Source: Octopus sinensis (taxonomy: Eukaryota). From it: 64,000 nt of DNA. The notes beneath the pieces are model-generated. The model saw only the letters and a list, made by a program, of their open reading frames with translations. It made no database searches and was not told the origin of the DNA. Below are positions 24,100 to 36,354 of this stretch, piece by piece (position 1 is the stretch's first letter; the number at the start of each line of letters is the position of its first letter). A program made the position numbers and the translations under genes. The stretch spans positions 15,004,001 through 15,068,000 of the forward strand of contig NC_043018.1 of NCBI RefSeq assembly GCF_006345805.1, given 5' to 3'.

Positions 24100-24591
24100 T
24101 GTGTGTGCGCCTGTATGTTTAAGTGATTCTGCAACCTCGAAGGAAATCACTGTTATTGCCGCTGGTCCCGTCATGTCACCGAGAACTGGGTTTTAGGCAT
24201 CGCTGATCACCGAAAGCAGTGCTACTACGTGCATGCGTCGTCATAGAGAATTTGTTATTGTTTAGCCCGTTAAGTCAGCCTTGATCGAACCGACCTACAA
24301 ATCAAGGACGTTCCAGGCGTGTCAATCCATTTTTTATTTTTTTTTTCCGTTAGGTTTCGCTTTGTTTTGGAGATGGCTGATTGTAATTCGAAGATTCTCT
24401 TGTTGTTGTTATTGTGGAAGTGGTTCTGGCGCGCAAGGTGCGTGGAAATGGAGGGAAACAGACGGATTACATGAACAAGCACATGTTCTGATGTACGATG
24501 CGATGGAGATATTGCAAGGGGAAAAAAAACGATCAAACACTTCAATAATTAACGAGCTAATTAAAAATTAATTAGATAAAAAATATATTAC

Positions 24592-24640
24592 CGTTATCGG
24601 AGTTGATGTTGAGGGAAGTATTTTCTTTAGGAGAATCCAT
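24592..24640 (-). CDS. Probable first coding exon of the same SLC17-like gene (MDSPKENTSLNINSDN + 1 nt)
   Basis: ATG at 24640 in strong context (gcgaaaATGG) with an in-frame TAA 27 nt upstream. 16 codons plus G end at donor ACG|GTAATA (24591), and this phase-1 G completes the GTT Val codon at 1275, giving a continuous frame. Confidence 0.75.
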
Positions 24641-24704
24641 TTTCGCAAACTCTTTCCTTGCCAGTCCTTACAGAAATTTGGTTCTTCAAGTGTTGGAAGC
24701 CGTG

Positions 24705-24711
24705 TTTTATA
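24705..24711 (-). promoter_or_regulatory. TATAAAA, candidate TATA box about 65 nt upstream of the ATG (alternative to the acceptor model)
   Basis: Motif match and spacing only. Confidence 0.2.
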
Positions 24712-24775
24712 GAACAGACAGTGTGTGTATGTGTGTGTGTGTGTGTGTGTGTGTACACGTTGAATGGGATCCCTG

Positions 24776-24820
24776 CTGTAGAGGGAAAAGAAACTATGGA
24801 AAAGATGAAGAGTAGAAGAA
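24776..24820 (-). other. Candidate splice acceptor (NAGNAG) for a 5'UTR-containing exon of the SLC17-like gene
   Basis: Minus strand reads a long polypyrimidine tract then ccctctacAG|cAG|ggatccc. There is no upstream ATG between here and 24640. Confidence 0.35.
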
Positions 24821-24889
24821 AATTTTAGACAGACGACATGATGCAATGGTTGCGGTGGTGTTGGAGAGTGTGTGTGGGGTGGTGGTGTT

Positions 24890-24976
24890 AAGGATGGTGG
24901 CGGCGGTGGTGGTGGTGGTGGTGGAGCTGGGTGTAGTGCTCGGGTGTTGGTGGCTGCACTGAAGGTATACACGGAT

Positions 24977-25016
<40 letters not shown>

Positions 25017-25330
25017 TAATGATAATGATGATGATGGTGTTTGAAGGTCTGTCAGTGGGTTTTGCTTTGTGTTGTGTTGTTGTTGATTCAAGAATGAGAA
25101 TACGATGAAGACGGATTTGTGATTGTGTCTGTAATAGCAGCAGCAGCAGTAGTAGTAGTAGTAGTAGTACAGGTGGTGGTGGTAGTAGTAGTAGTAGTAG
25201 TGAGAGTGGTGGTAGTAGAAATAGTATGTTTAGCGAAACGTTGAATGAATGAAAATATAAATGGTGTTCCTCTTCAGCCTCCTCATCGTTGTCGTCAGGA
25301 AAATAACAACAACAACAACAACAACAACAA
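24890..25330. repeat. Mosaic of triplet repeats (GGT, AAT, GAT, GCA, GTA, AAC) upstream of the SLC17-like start exon
   Basis: Seen directly. Confidence 0.9.
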
Positions 25331-25783
25331 CGAAAAAGAACAAAAAACAAAAACAATAACACTATATTATATTTCTCTCAATCTGTCGTCGACAGGTACG
25401 GAAAAAGGCTTATTGCATTATCCATATAGGTGTGCGGGTGTGCTGTGCCATGTGTATATATATATGTATTATATATATATATATATATATATTATGCATA
25501 CGTGCAAACACATCAATGTTTAAACACGCATACATGTATTTATCTCTTTACATACATACACACACACGCACACACTCCATACGCACACACACACGCAGCA
25601 CATATACACACGCACATATACACACGCACAGAGGACACGTGACCAGTTTTGCTTTCTTCCACAAAGCTAGATTTTTTTCACTTTCCCTCTCCCACCCACT
25701 CTGTCTGTGTGTCCAGCTGTCTGGCTCTTCCTCTCTTCCTCTCTCTCTCTCTCTCTCTCTTCCTCTCTCTCTCTCCTCTCTCT

Positions 25784-25843
<60 letters not shown>

Positions 25844-26297
25844 CATATATTAGATAAATTAGATAATGTATCGCTGGGTATATTAATGAGACGGAAGCTA
25901 CACACACGCACACACACATACATACATACATACATACACACATACATACATACACACATACATACACACATACACACATACATACATACATACATGCATA
26001 TGTATATATATGTATTTGAATATTTATATATATGTATATATGTATATATATATATATTGCAGCAGGAAGAGAGATTAAATTTTTTTTCTCAGGTGTGGTG
26101 GGCTGGGGTGGAATGAAATGAATTAAATCGACTCTAATTGTTTTCAGCTATTTTATCTCATTTTTATTATCTCCAATTTCGTTGACCTTCGAAAAAGATG
26201 AAAGGTAAAAATTTGCACCGTTTAATGTTTCAACTCAGGATATAAACAACGGCAAACGAACACCGCAACATTTGACACCCAAAGCCATCTCAATAGC

Positions 26298-26310
26298 TAC
26301 CACCACCACC

Positions 26311-26355
<45 letters not shown>

Positions 26356-26384
26356 GCTACTACTGCTGCTGCTACTACTACTAG

Positions 26385-26436
<52 letters not shown>

Positions 26437-26530
26437 ACTACTACTACTACTACTACTACCAACTCTACTACTACTACTACTACTACTACAACATTCTACC
26501 ACCACCACCACCACCACCACCACCAACACC
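26298..26530. repeat. (CAC)n/(CTA)n/(CTG)n compound triplet tract
   Basis: Seen directly. Confidence 0.95.
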
Positions 26531-26576
26531 AATGCATACCCACCAAACACATATCCCACCAAACAGATTAACAACA

Positions 26577-26960
26577 CCTTACGTGAGTGAAGACCTTCTT
26601 TAGCCTGGGGTGCCGGTGTTTCTCCTTTCCCCTACCCACTGTCTTTGGCGCTTGTCATTTTTATAGAGAACCCATTTCTAGTCACCAGTCACTATTCAAT
26701 TCAAAAAAGGTTCATTTGTGAGACGTGACAGCAAAGAAGAGCCCCCATTCACTCTCTGTGTGCAATTAGTCTCGGAAAGCTTGGGAGGAACCCATTGACC
26801 CAATTTGCTGACTTTCCCGATGGCACAAAGGTGTCGATGAATGGCTCAACGACCGGATGCAAGCTTCTCTCCCACTTCCTCAACAGTTATGATGGGATTT
26901 TGTTCCACCAGGGTTTGCAGGATACCTTCGTCGAGCTCTACAGGGGCAGTAGAATGAGGC
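26577..26960 (-). pseudogene. Mariner transposase remnant (HTH to first catalytic D), not present in the ORF track
   Basis: Manual translation: PVELDEGILQTLVEQNPIITVEEVGEKL..*AIHRHLCAIGKVSKLGQWVPPKLS...EPFLN*IVTGD*KWVLYKN. WVP and IVTGDEKW motifs with stops. Confidence 0.85.
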
Positions 26961-27464
26961 AGGGGTGGAGAGAAGTGCCCTTGCCGCCGACGTCGTCATT
27001 GTTGTCTACCTCCAGGTGAGACTTCATTCCGTAACACTATGATCCAAGGTAGGCCGACCACAACCATCCTGTCGTTCCTTTTTTTTAAAGACATACCGCA
27101 TCTAAGACGAGATGGTCATATTTTGTGTTCTGTAATAATATACGCGAAATTCTGTCTGTTCGTCTGGAACTCCATATCCCAGTCTACATTTGCTCTGCAT
27201 AGACATATTATACCTTTTTGGAATCGGGATGATTCCGGGATCGAAAATCTGCCCTTCATTTGGTTCTTGAACATCAAGCATTGGGAACAGGTCTGGATGG
27301 GGATTTGTTACATGCTAACAGTTGAAAATTCAATTTAAAAAAACCCCCACAAATTTGTGAACTTACAAGTTTTTCATTTGAACTAAATTTATTAAAGTAA
27401 TATCATATTGATTGGGTACCAATAAATGCTTTATTATTATTGCTCTCTTATTGCTATATTATTA

Positions 27465-27783
27465 TGGCTCAGTGGTTAGAGCGTCGAGATTACGATCGCG
27501 AGGTTGGGAGTTCGAATCCCTGACCAGGCTGAGTGTTGTGTTCCTGAGCAAGACACTTCATTTTACGTTGCTCCAGTTCACTCAGCTGTAGAATTGAGTT
27601 GCGACGTCACTAGTGCCAAGCTGTATCGGCCCCTTTACCTTTCCCTTGGATAACACTGGTAGCGTGGAGAGGGGAGGCCGGTAAGCATGGGCGACTTCCA
27701 TAAACAACCTTGCCCGGACTTGTGCCTTGGAGGGTAGCTTTCTAGGTGCAATCCCATGGTCAGTCATGATCGAAGGGGGTCTC
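27465..27783 (+). mobile_element. SINE family B, tail 3
   Basis: Same head and centre. Tail gttgcgacgtcactagtgccaagctgtatcggcccct... shared with 42520-42700. Confidence 0.8.
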
Positions 27784-28466
27784 AGCATTATTGCTCTCTT
27801 TAGTTTTGGGCCCGATTTGCCCCTCGCAGGAGCTAGCTTAAAAGTTTGCGCGGAGTGTGGCTTTTAAGCTAGCAAAAACATAAAAGATAGTTAACTTCTT
27901 TAATACACACACATGCACACACACACAAACACATACACAAACACACACTAGACGCGCGCACGCATGCATACACACACATACACACACACACACGAATTGG
28001 AGGGGAGCCCTTTGTATTCTCCTCCCACGAAATTGACAAAGCGCAACTGTTAGACGAGGAAGTCAGATTCGTTAATGGCCGTGGTGGGGGGGAAAGAAAG
28101 AAGGAAGAAAAGGAGGAAGAGAGGAAGGCAGGCAGGAAGCAAAGAAAGAAAGAAGAATTTAATCGGCCATTCCCACCCACCCTAACCACCCCAGAAAGCA
28201 GAAAAGGGGTGGGGGCTGTGTACGAGGACATTGTCGGGATCTGAACTCAGAGTACGAAGAGATGTAAATATTTATAGTCTTTGTGCCTTTGATAGCAGTA
28301 TTAGTTGCAGCAGCAGCAGTAGCAGTATTAGTATTAGTAGTAGTAGCACTAGCAGTAGTAATTATTTCTGCTAATAAATGGCAAGTAAGTAGGTTAAGGT
28401 TTCAGGTTTCATATATACATATATATATATCAAATATAAATTAAAAACAGAACACAAAGGTTATCG

Positions 28467-28555
28467 CAGTACACGTGTTTCAAGCTTTATAAACAATCCG
28501 TTATTACATCAGTGTATTATTGCTATAAAAGATGGTTTAAAGCTCTCTTCAGCCG
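28467..28555 (-). ncRNA. H5 type I hammerhead motif, long stem II
   Basis: CGG | CTGAAGA | GAGCTTTA...TAAAGCTT | GAAA | CAC-GTG | TA | CTG. Canonical core, 8-bp stem II base, palindromic ACACGTGT stem III, GUA. Stem I only 3 bp. Confidence 0.65.
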
Positions 28556-28645
28556 AAGAGGGCTTTAAACCATCTTTTATATCAATAATATACCTATGCT
28601 GATGTAATAACAGATTGTTTATAAAGCTTGAAACACGTGTACCGC
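28552..28645 (+). ncRNA. H5 hammerhead motif, opposite strand
   Basis: CCGAAGA (28553-28559) | GGGCTTTA...TAAAGCTT | GAAA | CACGTG | TA | CCGC. Stem I is essentially lost in this orientation. Confidence 0.4.
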
Positions 28646-28843
28646 AATATCCTTTGTGTTCTGTTTTTGATTTATATTTGATATATACTCTCTCACCTCG
28701 GCACTATCGGGCATATACAGGTGTTTACGCTTATCAAGTATTCACACTATTCTTATTTTTCACCTTTTCTGATTTCTTTTCCTCTCTATCTCTCTCTCTC
28801 TCTCTCACTCCGCCTCATCTCTCTCACTGCTGAGTCGACTACC

Positions 28844-28945
28844 AACTTCCTTTCACTCGCAACTTCCTTTCACTCGCAACTTCCTTTCACTCGCAACTTC
28901 CTTTCACTCGCAACTTCCTTTCACTCGCAACTTCCTTTCACTTGC
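28844..28945. repeat. Six tandem copies of 17-bp AACTTCCTTTCACTCGC
   Basis: Five identical units, and the sixth has one substitution. Confidence 0.95.
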
Positions 28946-29435
28946 AGCTTTCTTCAAGTCAACACGACTTTTTCTTGCGCTCTGAATTTTTCCATCGTCT
29001 AGGCTTAAAAAATAGCCCTCAATGTTGGTTTCATTGTCCTGTTTTTATTCTTTATGTGTACTGTATTTTTTTGTATTTGTATTTTTATTTTGTATTTGTA
29101 TTTTTATTTGTATTTGTATTTTTATTTGTATTGCTTTTACGTCCTGTTCTTGTCACATTTTGTTCTTTCCTTGTTTTTACCCCTCTGCAAAGGAATTTTA
29201 TTTAATTCTTTTGCAGGAAGGACTTGTTCGAAGGGTCGTGTTCTGTCCTTACCTTCGAAACACGCATTGAGTCGAACCAGGGACAGCTGAGGAAGGGGAA
29301 TATTCCTTGTATTGTTTGTCTTGTACTCTGTTTTTTCGTTGTTAAAAAGAGTCCGTTTCCTTGTTTGGTTTTATGTTTTCGTTTCTCGTTGAGTTCTACG
29401 TTTATTTGTGGTGTCCTGTACTCATATATATATAT

Positions 29436-29477
<42 letters not shown>

Positions 29478-29592
29478 TGTATATATACATGTAGAATGTA
29501 GGTACGTACATATATGTATGTATGCATATATTTTATATAAATATTATATATACACACACACACATATATATATACATCTACATATACATATG

Positions 29593-29629
<37 letters not shown>

Positions 29630-29654
29630 CATATACATATATACAACTTATATA

Positions 29655-29722
<68 letters not shown>

Positions 29723-29749
29723 TAATTATCAATATGTGTGTGTGTGTGT

Positions 29750-29884
29750 AGATAGTTATGTCCGGTCCATGGAGTTCCTGGGTTTCACGTCCGTAAAGCG
29801 CTTAGACCCTAAGAAACTCCGTACAACTAAGCGCTTTATGGACGTGAAACCCAGGGTAACCCCATAGACCTCTCACAACTATCT
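29750..29884. repeat. Palindrome whose right arm holds the 3' half of a hammerhead (GAAA-CCC-A-GGG-TA)
   Basis: 29-bp inner arms cctgggtttcacgtccgtaaagcgcttag / ctaagcgctttatggacgtgaaacccagg (1 mismatch), with diverged outer arms. Confidence 0.8.
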
Positions 29885-30069
29885 CTATCTCATTACTCTA
29901 CAACTTACAAGTATGCTTCTTCGCTTTCGGATTCATGATTTACTGAACTTTTCCTTCACCCATTCCCTTCCGGTCATTCCAAAATGTAACTACACGTCGA
30001 TCGTTGGCGAGTTTTCTTTCCTCCGTCTTCCTTTACTCTTGGACTTTCCCCTGTCTCCTGTTTCTGTAT

Positions 30070-30070
30070 T

Positions 30071-30101
<31 letters not shown>

Positions 30102-30513
30102 GTGTGTGTGTGTGTGCGTGTGTGTGCGTGTGAGTGTGTGTGTGTGAGTGTGTGAGTGTGTGTGTGTGGTGTGTGTGTGAGTGTTGTGTGTGAGTGAGTG
30201 TGTGTGTGTGTGTGAGTGAGTGTGTGTGTGTGTGTGTGAGTGTGTGTGTGTGTGTTTGTGTGTGTGAGGTGTGTGTGGTGTGTGGAGTGTGTGTGTGTGT
30301 GAGTATGTGTGTGTGTGTGTGTGAGTATGTGTGTGGTGTGTGGTGTGTGTGTTTGTGTGTGTGGTGTGTGGTGTGTGGTGTGAGTGTGTGTGTGTGTGAG
30401 TATGTGTGTGTGTTGTGTGAGTGTGTGTGTGTGTGTGAGTTGGTGTGTTGTGTGTGATGTTGTGTGTGTGTGAGTGGTGTGTGTGTTGTGTGTTGTGTTT
30501 GTGTGCGTGCGTG
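30070..30513. repeat. Degenerate (TG)n tract
   Basis: Seen directly. Confidence 0.95.
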
Positions 30514-31277
30514 TAAATTGTAAAGTACATTTTATGTCTGTACCATTTTTTTTTTCTTACAGAAGTCTTAGAAATAAATTGAAAGAATTCGAAGAAGTGA
30601 AAATATTTCTAAACGAAAATTAGACAGAATCAGACAATGGCGAAAACCTGGTCTGTGGAATTTTCCGTCAACAATGGCAGAGAATTTTAGCATCACAGAA
30701 TTTTTCTATTCAGTTGGTGGCGATTCGACAAAAGTCTGATATTCTAAGGTTTGACATCGACCAAGCGCGAGCTTGTGTGGGCGTTTGTATTTAAATGTGT
30801 GTGTATGTGTGTGTCACCGCGTGTGGATGAGTGCGGTTTTTTTGGCGTATTTATGTATGTGTATTCATTGTGTGACTATACATTAAACGTGTATATGTGC
30901 GCGTGCGTGTGTGGTGTGTGTGTGTGTGAGTAAATGTGTGTATGTGCGTGTGTGTGTGTGTGTGATGTCAAATGTTATGCAAGCGCCTACGATTTTGCAT
31001 TATATTAAAGTTTATAAAGAACGAAAAATGTTTACCCCATTTACTGGTGTCATTAACCAGCGTGATTCATTAATTAATACATGAACTGTCGAGGAGCACC
31101 ATATGATGTCGGTGGGCGGGGGGGTCATCATACTAGAAATAGTAGCTGAGCCTTGTTCAAATCGCAACCCAGCCTTTTTAAAATCAGAAGAACGCATCGG
31201 ACCATGCATCCCCAGACACACAAGATTTTGCCCCAACTCAACTCTGAACGAGTAGATCCAATGACTACCACCTTATA

Positions 31278-31508
31278 TTATTTCTTTACTGCCCACAAGG
31301 GGCTAAACATAGAGGGGACAAACAAGGACAGACGTGTTTAAGTCGATTATATTGACCCCAGTACGTAACTGGTACTTAATTTATCGACCCCGAAAGGATG
31401 AAAGGCAAAGTCGACCTCGGCGGAATTTGAACTCAGAACGTAAAGCCAAACGAAATACTGCTAAGCATTTCGCCCGGCATGTTAACGTTTCTGCCAGCTT
31501 GCCACCTT
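31278..31508 (-). mobile_element. SINE family C, full monomer
   Basis: Reverse complement of the 18001 unit including the head. Confidence 0.85.
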
Positions 31509-31988
31509 ATATACAACCGACTCCCTTATCGATTGAGAATAATGTTTTGTTTTTTAAACACAGTTTAATGTGATCCGCTAATTTCCCCAAATCGATCGAC
31601 GAATTAGAAGCTGTAAAGGCCAGTAATTGAACAACAATTGAAATATTAAATTGGAGTGAAAAGGAAGATAATGTTGTTAAACTGTCTTCGTGAAACCAGT
31701 CGGATATTCAAACGATCGGGATATTCAAACGACCAGGATATTCAAACGACAACTGATGGCTTAGCTGTCCGTATGACTCCTGTCATTTCCAGTCCTATCT
31801 ATCTTTGTATTGTCTCTTTTAATCTTCGTATATCCATTAAAGATCTGATCTGATTTACTTATCTATTTTCGATGATCATAATATCTTCAGGGAAGCGACA
31901 AAAGGCAAATCCGAAAATAACACGCACGCTCTCTCTCTCTCTCTCACACACACACAGACGCATATACAAACGTGTATATGTATGTATG

Positions 31989-32021
<33 letters not shown>

Positions 32022-32090
32022 GATATGTACTTCTATCTATCTATCTATCTATCTATATATCTATCTATCTATCTATCTATCTATATCTCG

Positions 32091-32154
<64 letters not shown>

Positions 32155-32205
32155 CATATATATATATATATATAATATATATATATATTATATATTATAA
32201 TATAT

Positions 32206-32250
<45 letters not shown>

Positions 32251-33628
32251 GCACACAGGCATACCTCGGCAGAAGTCGTTATCGATTATATGTCGGTTTT
32301 CAAAAATAAGATATGGAAAATAATAATCAGGTTGTCATTTTACTCGACTTTACATTTGTCCGTCACAAATATTGGATTCGTAAAATCACTAGAAAACCGT
32401 TAAAAGCACATTCAATCATGTTACTGTACGATAAACCATCTTTTATATCAATAATACACTGATGTAATAACGGATTGTTTATAAAGCTTGAAACACGTGT
32501 ACCGCGATATCCTTTGTATTCTGTTTTTGATTTATATTTGATATATATATATATATGAAACCTGAAAGCATGTTAAAACTTGTACAGTAAATGTTAAGAT
32601 ATACACCATAAAGTAGTGTAGTTCAGCGAACGAAATCATGGAATCAGCCGTGTTGTCTTATTCATCGGTATTTTGGAGCTCATATTGTACTGCAGTTCCA
32701 ATATCTACCGTTAGTCATTTGACTGTGGCCCTGCTGGAGTACCGCCTTTAGTCGAGAAAATCGACCCCAGGACTTATTCTTTGTAAGCCTAGTACTTATT
32801 CTATCGGTTCTCTTTTGCCGAACCGTTAATCAAGTATATCATTCCAGTAATTGTTTCAAAATCTGGTAATATTTCAGCAATATCCATTTATCGCACTATT
32901 AAGCTTCGGAACATACAACGTATGATATTCTTCTGCTAAATTCCTGTCTACGAAATCCGACTCACAAATTATTAGTTAAGCCAAGACTATAATAAAAGAA
33001 GTTGACCAAAGTGTCGGTAAATGGAATCAAGCCTAGAGAAGCACAGAATTGCAATTTGCTCTTAGGATAAGGTTACAATTCCACAAGCTGTTAGACGGCA
33101 TGCAATAACGACGCAATATCGCGGAAATGAAAGCAAAATATCAAATAAAAGTACTGATAAACATCTGTTGGTTGAGAGAATGGATCTTTCATTTCTACAT
33201 AAATACAAGAATATCGGTGCCAGCTCAGTTTTTATACAAGAATTAGTAAATTGTACACAGCTAAATCTGTTTGGAAGAATAATTTAAGTTAAGTTGAAGA
33301 AACGAAGGAGCAGTAAGTGTATAGGTGTGTGTGTGTTTGTACGTGTGTGTGTGTGTGTGTGTGTGTGCGTGTGTATGTATTTATTTGTGCGTATATATTT
33401 TTTCGCCATGTATAAATTGAACACGCATATTTAGAAAAAATAAACAAACAAAAAAAAAACCCCAGAGAAAACCACAAGGGAAATAATAAACGTCACAGTA
33501 AAATGGCGAAATAAATTAAAATTTCGGTCAGAATTCAGAATGATTTTTGATGGATTTTATTATAATAATATTTTTACTCTCTTAACCGATGGACTGCTAT
33601 ACTACTTGTTGAAAATGATACCACTCAG

Positions 33629-33791
33629 TTATGTATGTATGTATGTATGTATGTATATATGTATGTATGTATGTGTGTATATATGTATGTATATGTATGA
33701 ATGAATGTATGTATGTGTGTATGTATGTATGTATGTATGTATGTATGTATGTGTGTATGTATGTGTGTATGTATGTGTGTATGTATGTATG

Positions 33792-33822
<31 letters not shown>

Positions 33823-35062
33823 GTGTATGTATGTATGTGTGTGTGTGTATGTATGTGTGTATGTATGTGTGTATGTATGTATGTATGTATGTATGTATGT
33901 GTGTATGTATGTGTGTATGTATGTGTGTATGTATGTATGTATGTATGTATGTATGTATATGTATGTATGTATGTATGTATGTGTGTATGTATGTATGTAT
34001 ATGTATGAATGAATGTATGTATGTGTGTATGTATGTATGTATGTATGTATGTATGTGTGTATGTATGTGTGTATGTATGTGTGTATGTATGTATGTATGT
34101 ATGTATGTATGTTGTATGTATGTATGTATGTATGTATGTGTGTATGTATGCATGATGTATGTATGGTGTGTATGTATGTATGTATGTATGTATGATGTAT
34201 GTCTGTCTGTATGTTTGTCTGGTATGTATGTATGCATATGTATGTATGTATGTAGTATGTATGTCTGTATGTATGTATGTATGTATGTTGTATGTATGTC
34301 TGTATGTATGCATGTATGTATGTATGTATGTATGTATGTATGTATGTGTATGTATGTATGTTGTATGTATGTGTGTATGTATGTATGTATGTATGTATGT
34401 ATTATGTATGTATGCATGTAATGTATGATGTATGTATGTATGTATGTATTATGTATGCATGTATGTATGTATGTATGTATGTATGTATATGTATGTATGT
34501 ATGTATGTATGTGTGTATGTATGTATGTATGAATGTATGTTATGTATGTATGCATGTATGTATGTATGTATGTATGTATGTATGTATGTATGTATGTATG
34601 CATGTATGTATGTATGTATGTATGTATGTATGTATATGTATGTATGTATGTATGTATGTTGTATGTATGTATGTATGTATGTATGTGTGTATGTATGTAT
34701 GTATTGCATGTATGTATGTATGTATGTATGTATGTATATGTATGTATGTATGTGTATGTATGTATATATGTATGTATGTTGTATGTATGTATGTATGCAT
34801 GTATGTATGTATGTATGTATGTATGTATGTATGCAATGTATGTTATGTATGTATGTATGTATGTATGATGTATGTATGCATGTATGTATGTATGTATGTA
34901 TGTATGTATATGTATGTATGTATGGTTTATGTATGTGTGTATGTATGTATGTATGTATGTATGTATGTATGCATGTATGTATGTATGTATGTATGTATGT
35001 ATGTATGTATGTATGTATTATTTATGTATGTGTGTATGTATGTATGTATGTATGTATGTATA
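33629..35062. repeat. ~1.4 kb (TATG)n variant array
   Basis: Seen directly. Source of the YIHT/VCMY ORFs. Confidence 0.95.
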
Positions 35063-35685
35063 TGCTCACATACACACACACGCAGACAAATACGCTCATA
35101 TTTACATACCTGCACATATAACAAAAATTTGATGTATTCAGACTCCAGGTTTTACCGCCTGGGCTGCACAAGGAAACAGTTGAAAATAAATCATATTCTC
35201 CCGTTTACAAAGGGAATAACCAGATGTTTTTACAACTGTTTACATTCACAGCGCAGGTATTAGAAACTGACGTATAACAGCATGGAATTTACCTACACCT
35301 TCTAATGCACAGTTATTGGTGCACAAATTATAAATCTGTCTGTCTATTTGTATTTATGCACCTACACACAGGTAGGCACAGGCACGCGCGCGCAAACGTA
35401 CATACACACACACACACAGATGATTATGTATGTATGGCAGATAAAAATAAGGATGGGTGGTGTTTGAATAAGTTGCAGACGGGCGATCATGTGGAAAATT
35501 GGAATAAAATCATGAAAGATTGCGTCTTAAAAGAAGTATCAGGTAAAAGGAAAAAACGACGAAAAATGTGATTTGAATCTAAAAATATATAATTGAATAC
35601 TAACACATCAAAAACACATATATATGCAGACGCATACAACTTTGCACATACGCAGAATTGCATATACAAACATGCATGCAAACGT

Positions 35686-35775
<90 letters not shown>

Positions 35776-35981
35776 ATAAATCTCTGAACGAGGTATAAAC
35801 AGTAGCTGCACGACATCGTGAAGTATATTTTCCACTTAAATGTGGCTAACCACTAAGGGTGGATGCTACTGTAGGTTGTAGCCCCAGGAAGACATCTCCA
35901 ACTGGCTATTGACACAGTTTCTGTGTCCTATCAGTATTTGCAAAGGGAAGCCATCGATCCTATCGTCGACCTGACGTAATA

Positions 35982-36026
35982 CGCACGGACCCGAGTTTCT
36001 GGGTATTTACCCGTCGTCAGCGCACG
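35982..36026 (-). ncRNA. Type I hammerhead motif (family H6)
   Basis: CGTGCG | CTGACGA | CGGGT-AAAT-ACCCA | GAAA | CT-CG-GG | TC | CGTGCG. Canonical core, 6-bp stem I (2 G.U), stem II 4 bp plus a C.A mismatch, near-palindromic stem III, GUC triplet. Confidence 0.75.
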
Positions 36027-36154
36027 ACAATATCCGGTCTTCGATGCGAAGGGGTCCCAATGCAAACACCAGTGACTTTTCGTCACTGGAAAAAGGCTAT
36101 ATGTGTTTGCATTGGGACCCCTTCGCATCGAAGACCGGTGATTGTCGTGCGCTG
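36018..36154. repeat. 52-bp-arm palindrome just 5' of the H6 hammerhead, with an inner 8-bp hairpin
   Basis: cagcgcacgacaat..ccggtcttcgatgcgaaggggtcccaatgcaaacac and its reverse complement. The right arm stops at CTG, the start of the core. Confidence 0.9.
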
Positions 36155-36354
36155 TGTAGTAAAAAGTTTTTTTCTCAACTAAATGGTTACGGGTTCACTC
36201 CACTACATGGCGCCTTCGGCAAGTTCTTATACTCTAGCGTCGGGCCGATCAAAGTTTTGTGAGTGGATTCGATAGATGGAAGCTGAAAGAGGCCCGTCGT
36301 ATATATATATATATAAGACATCACAACTAAAGTCAAAGCCGCCGCAGGCAGACA

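Larger units (their letters stand above)
28424..28687. mobile_element. ~130-bp-arm palindrome with two overlapping hammerhead cores at its centre (family H5)
   Basis: The arms align in reverse complement around ctcttc-agcc-gaagag. A single-arm, 5'-truncated copy lies at 32432-32567. Confidence 0.8.

Noticed and set aside
28844-28945. Regular direct repeats resembling a CRISPR array
   Set aside because: The units are contiguous with no spacers, the context is eukaryotic and there are no cas genes.
30563-30720. Strong plus-strand acceptor followed by SLRNKLKEFEEVKIFLNEN
   Set aside because: It stops after ~20 codons and looks more like a very decayed mariner C-terminus than an exon.
31670-31705. 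Stem GAAGATA/TGTCTTC followed by GTGAAACCAGTC
   Set aside because: No recognisable CUGANGA upstream, so it is too degenerate to call a hammerhead.
32256-32270. CAGGCATACCTCGG, resembling a Tigger TIR
   Set aside because: Only a 14-bp match, not TA-flanked, and no partner end found.
33597-35263. Many long ORFs (up to 328 aa) here and at 46.5-47.6 kb, 54 kb, 30 kb and 25.5-26.6 kb
   Set aside because: All are translations of TATG, TA, TG or triplet microsatellites that lack stop codons in some frames. They have no protein-like composition.
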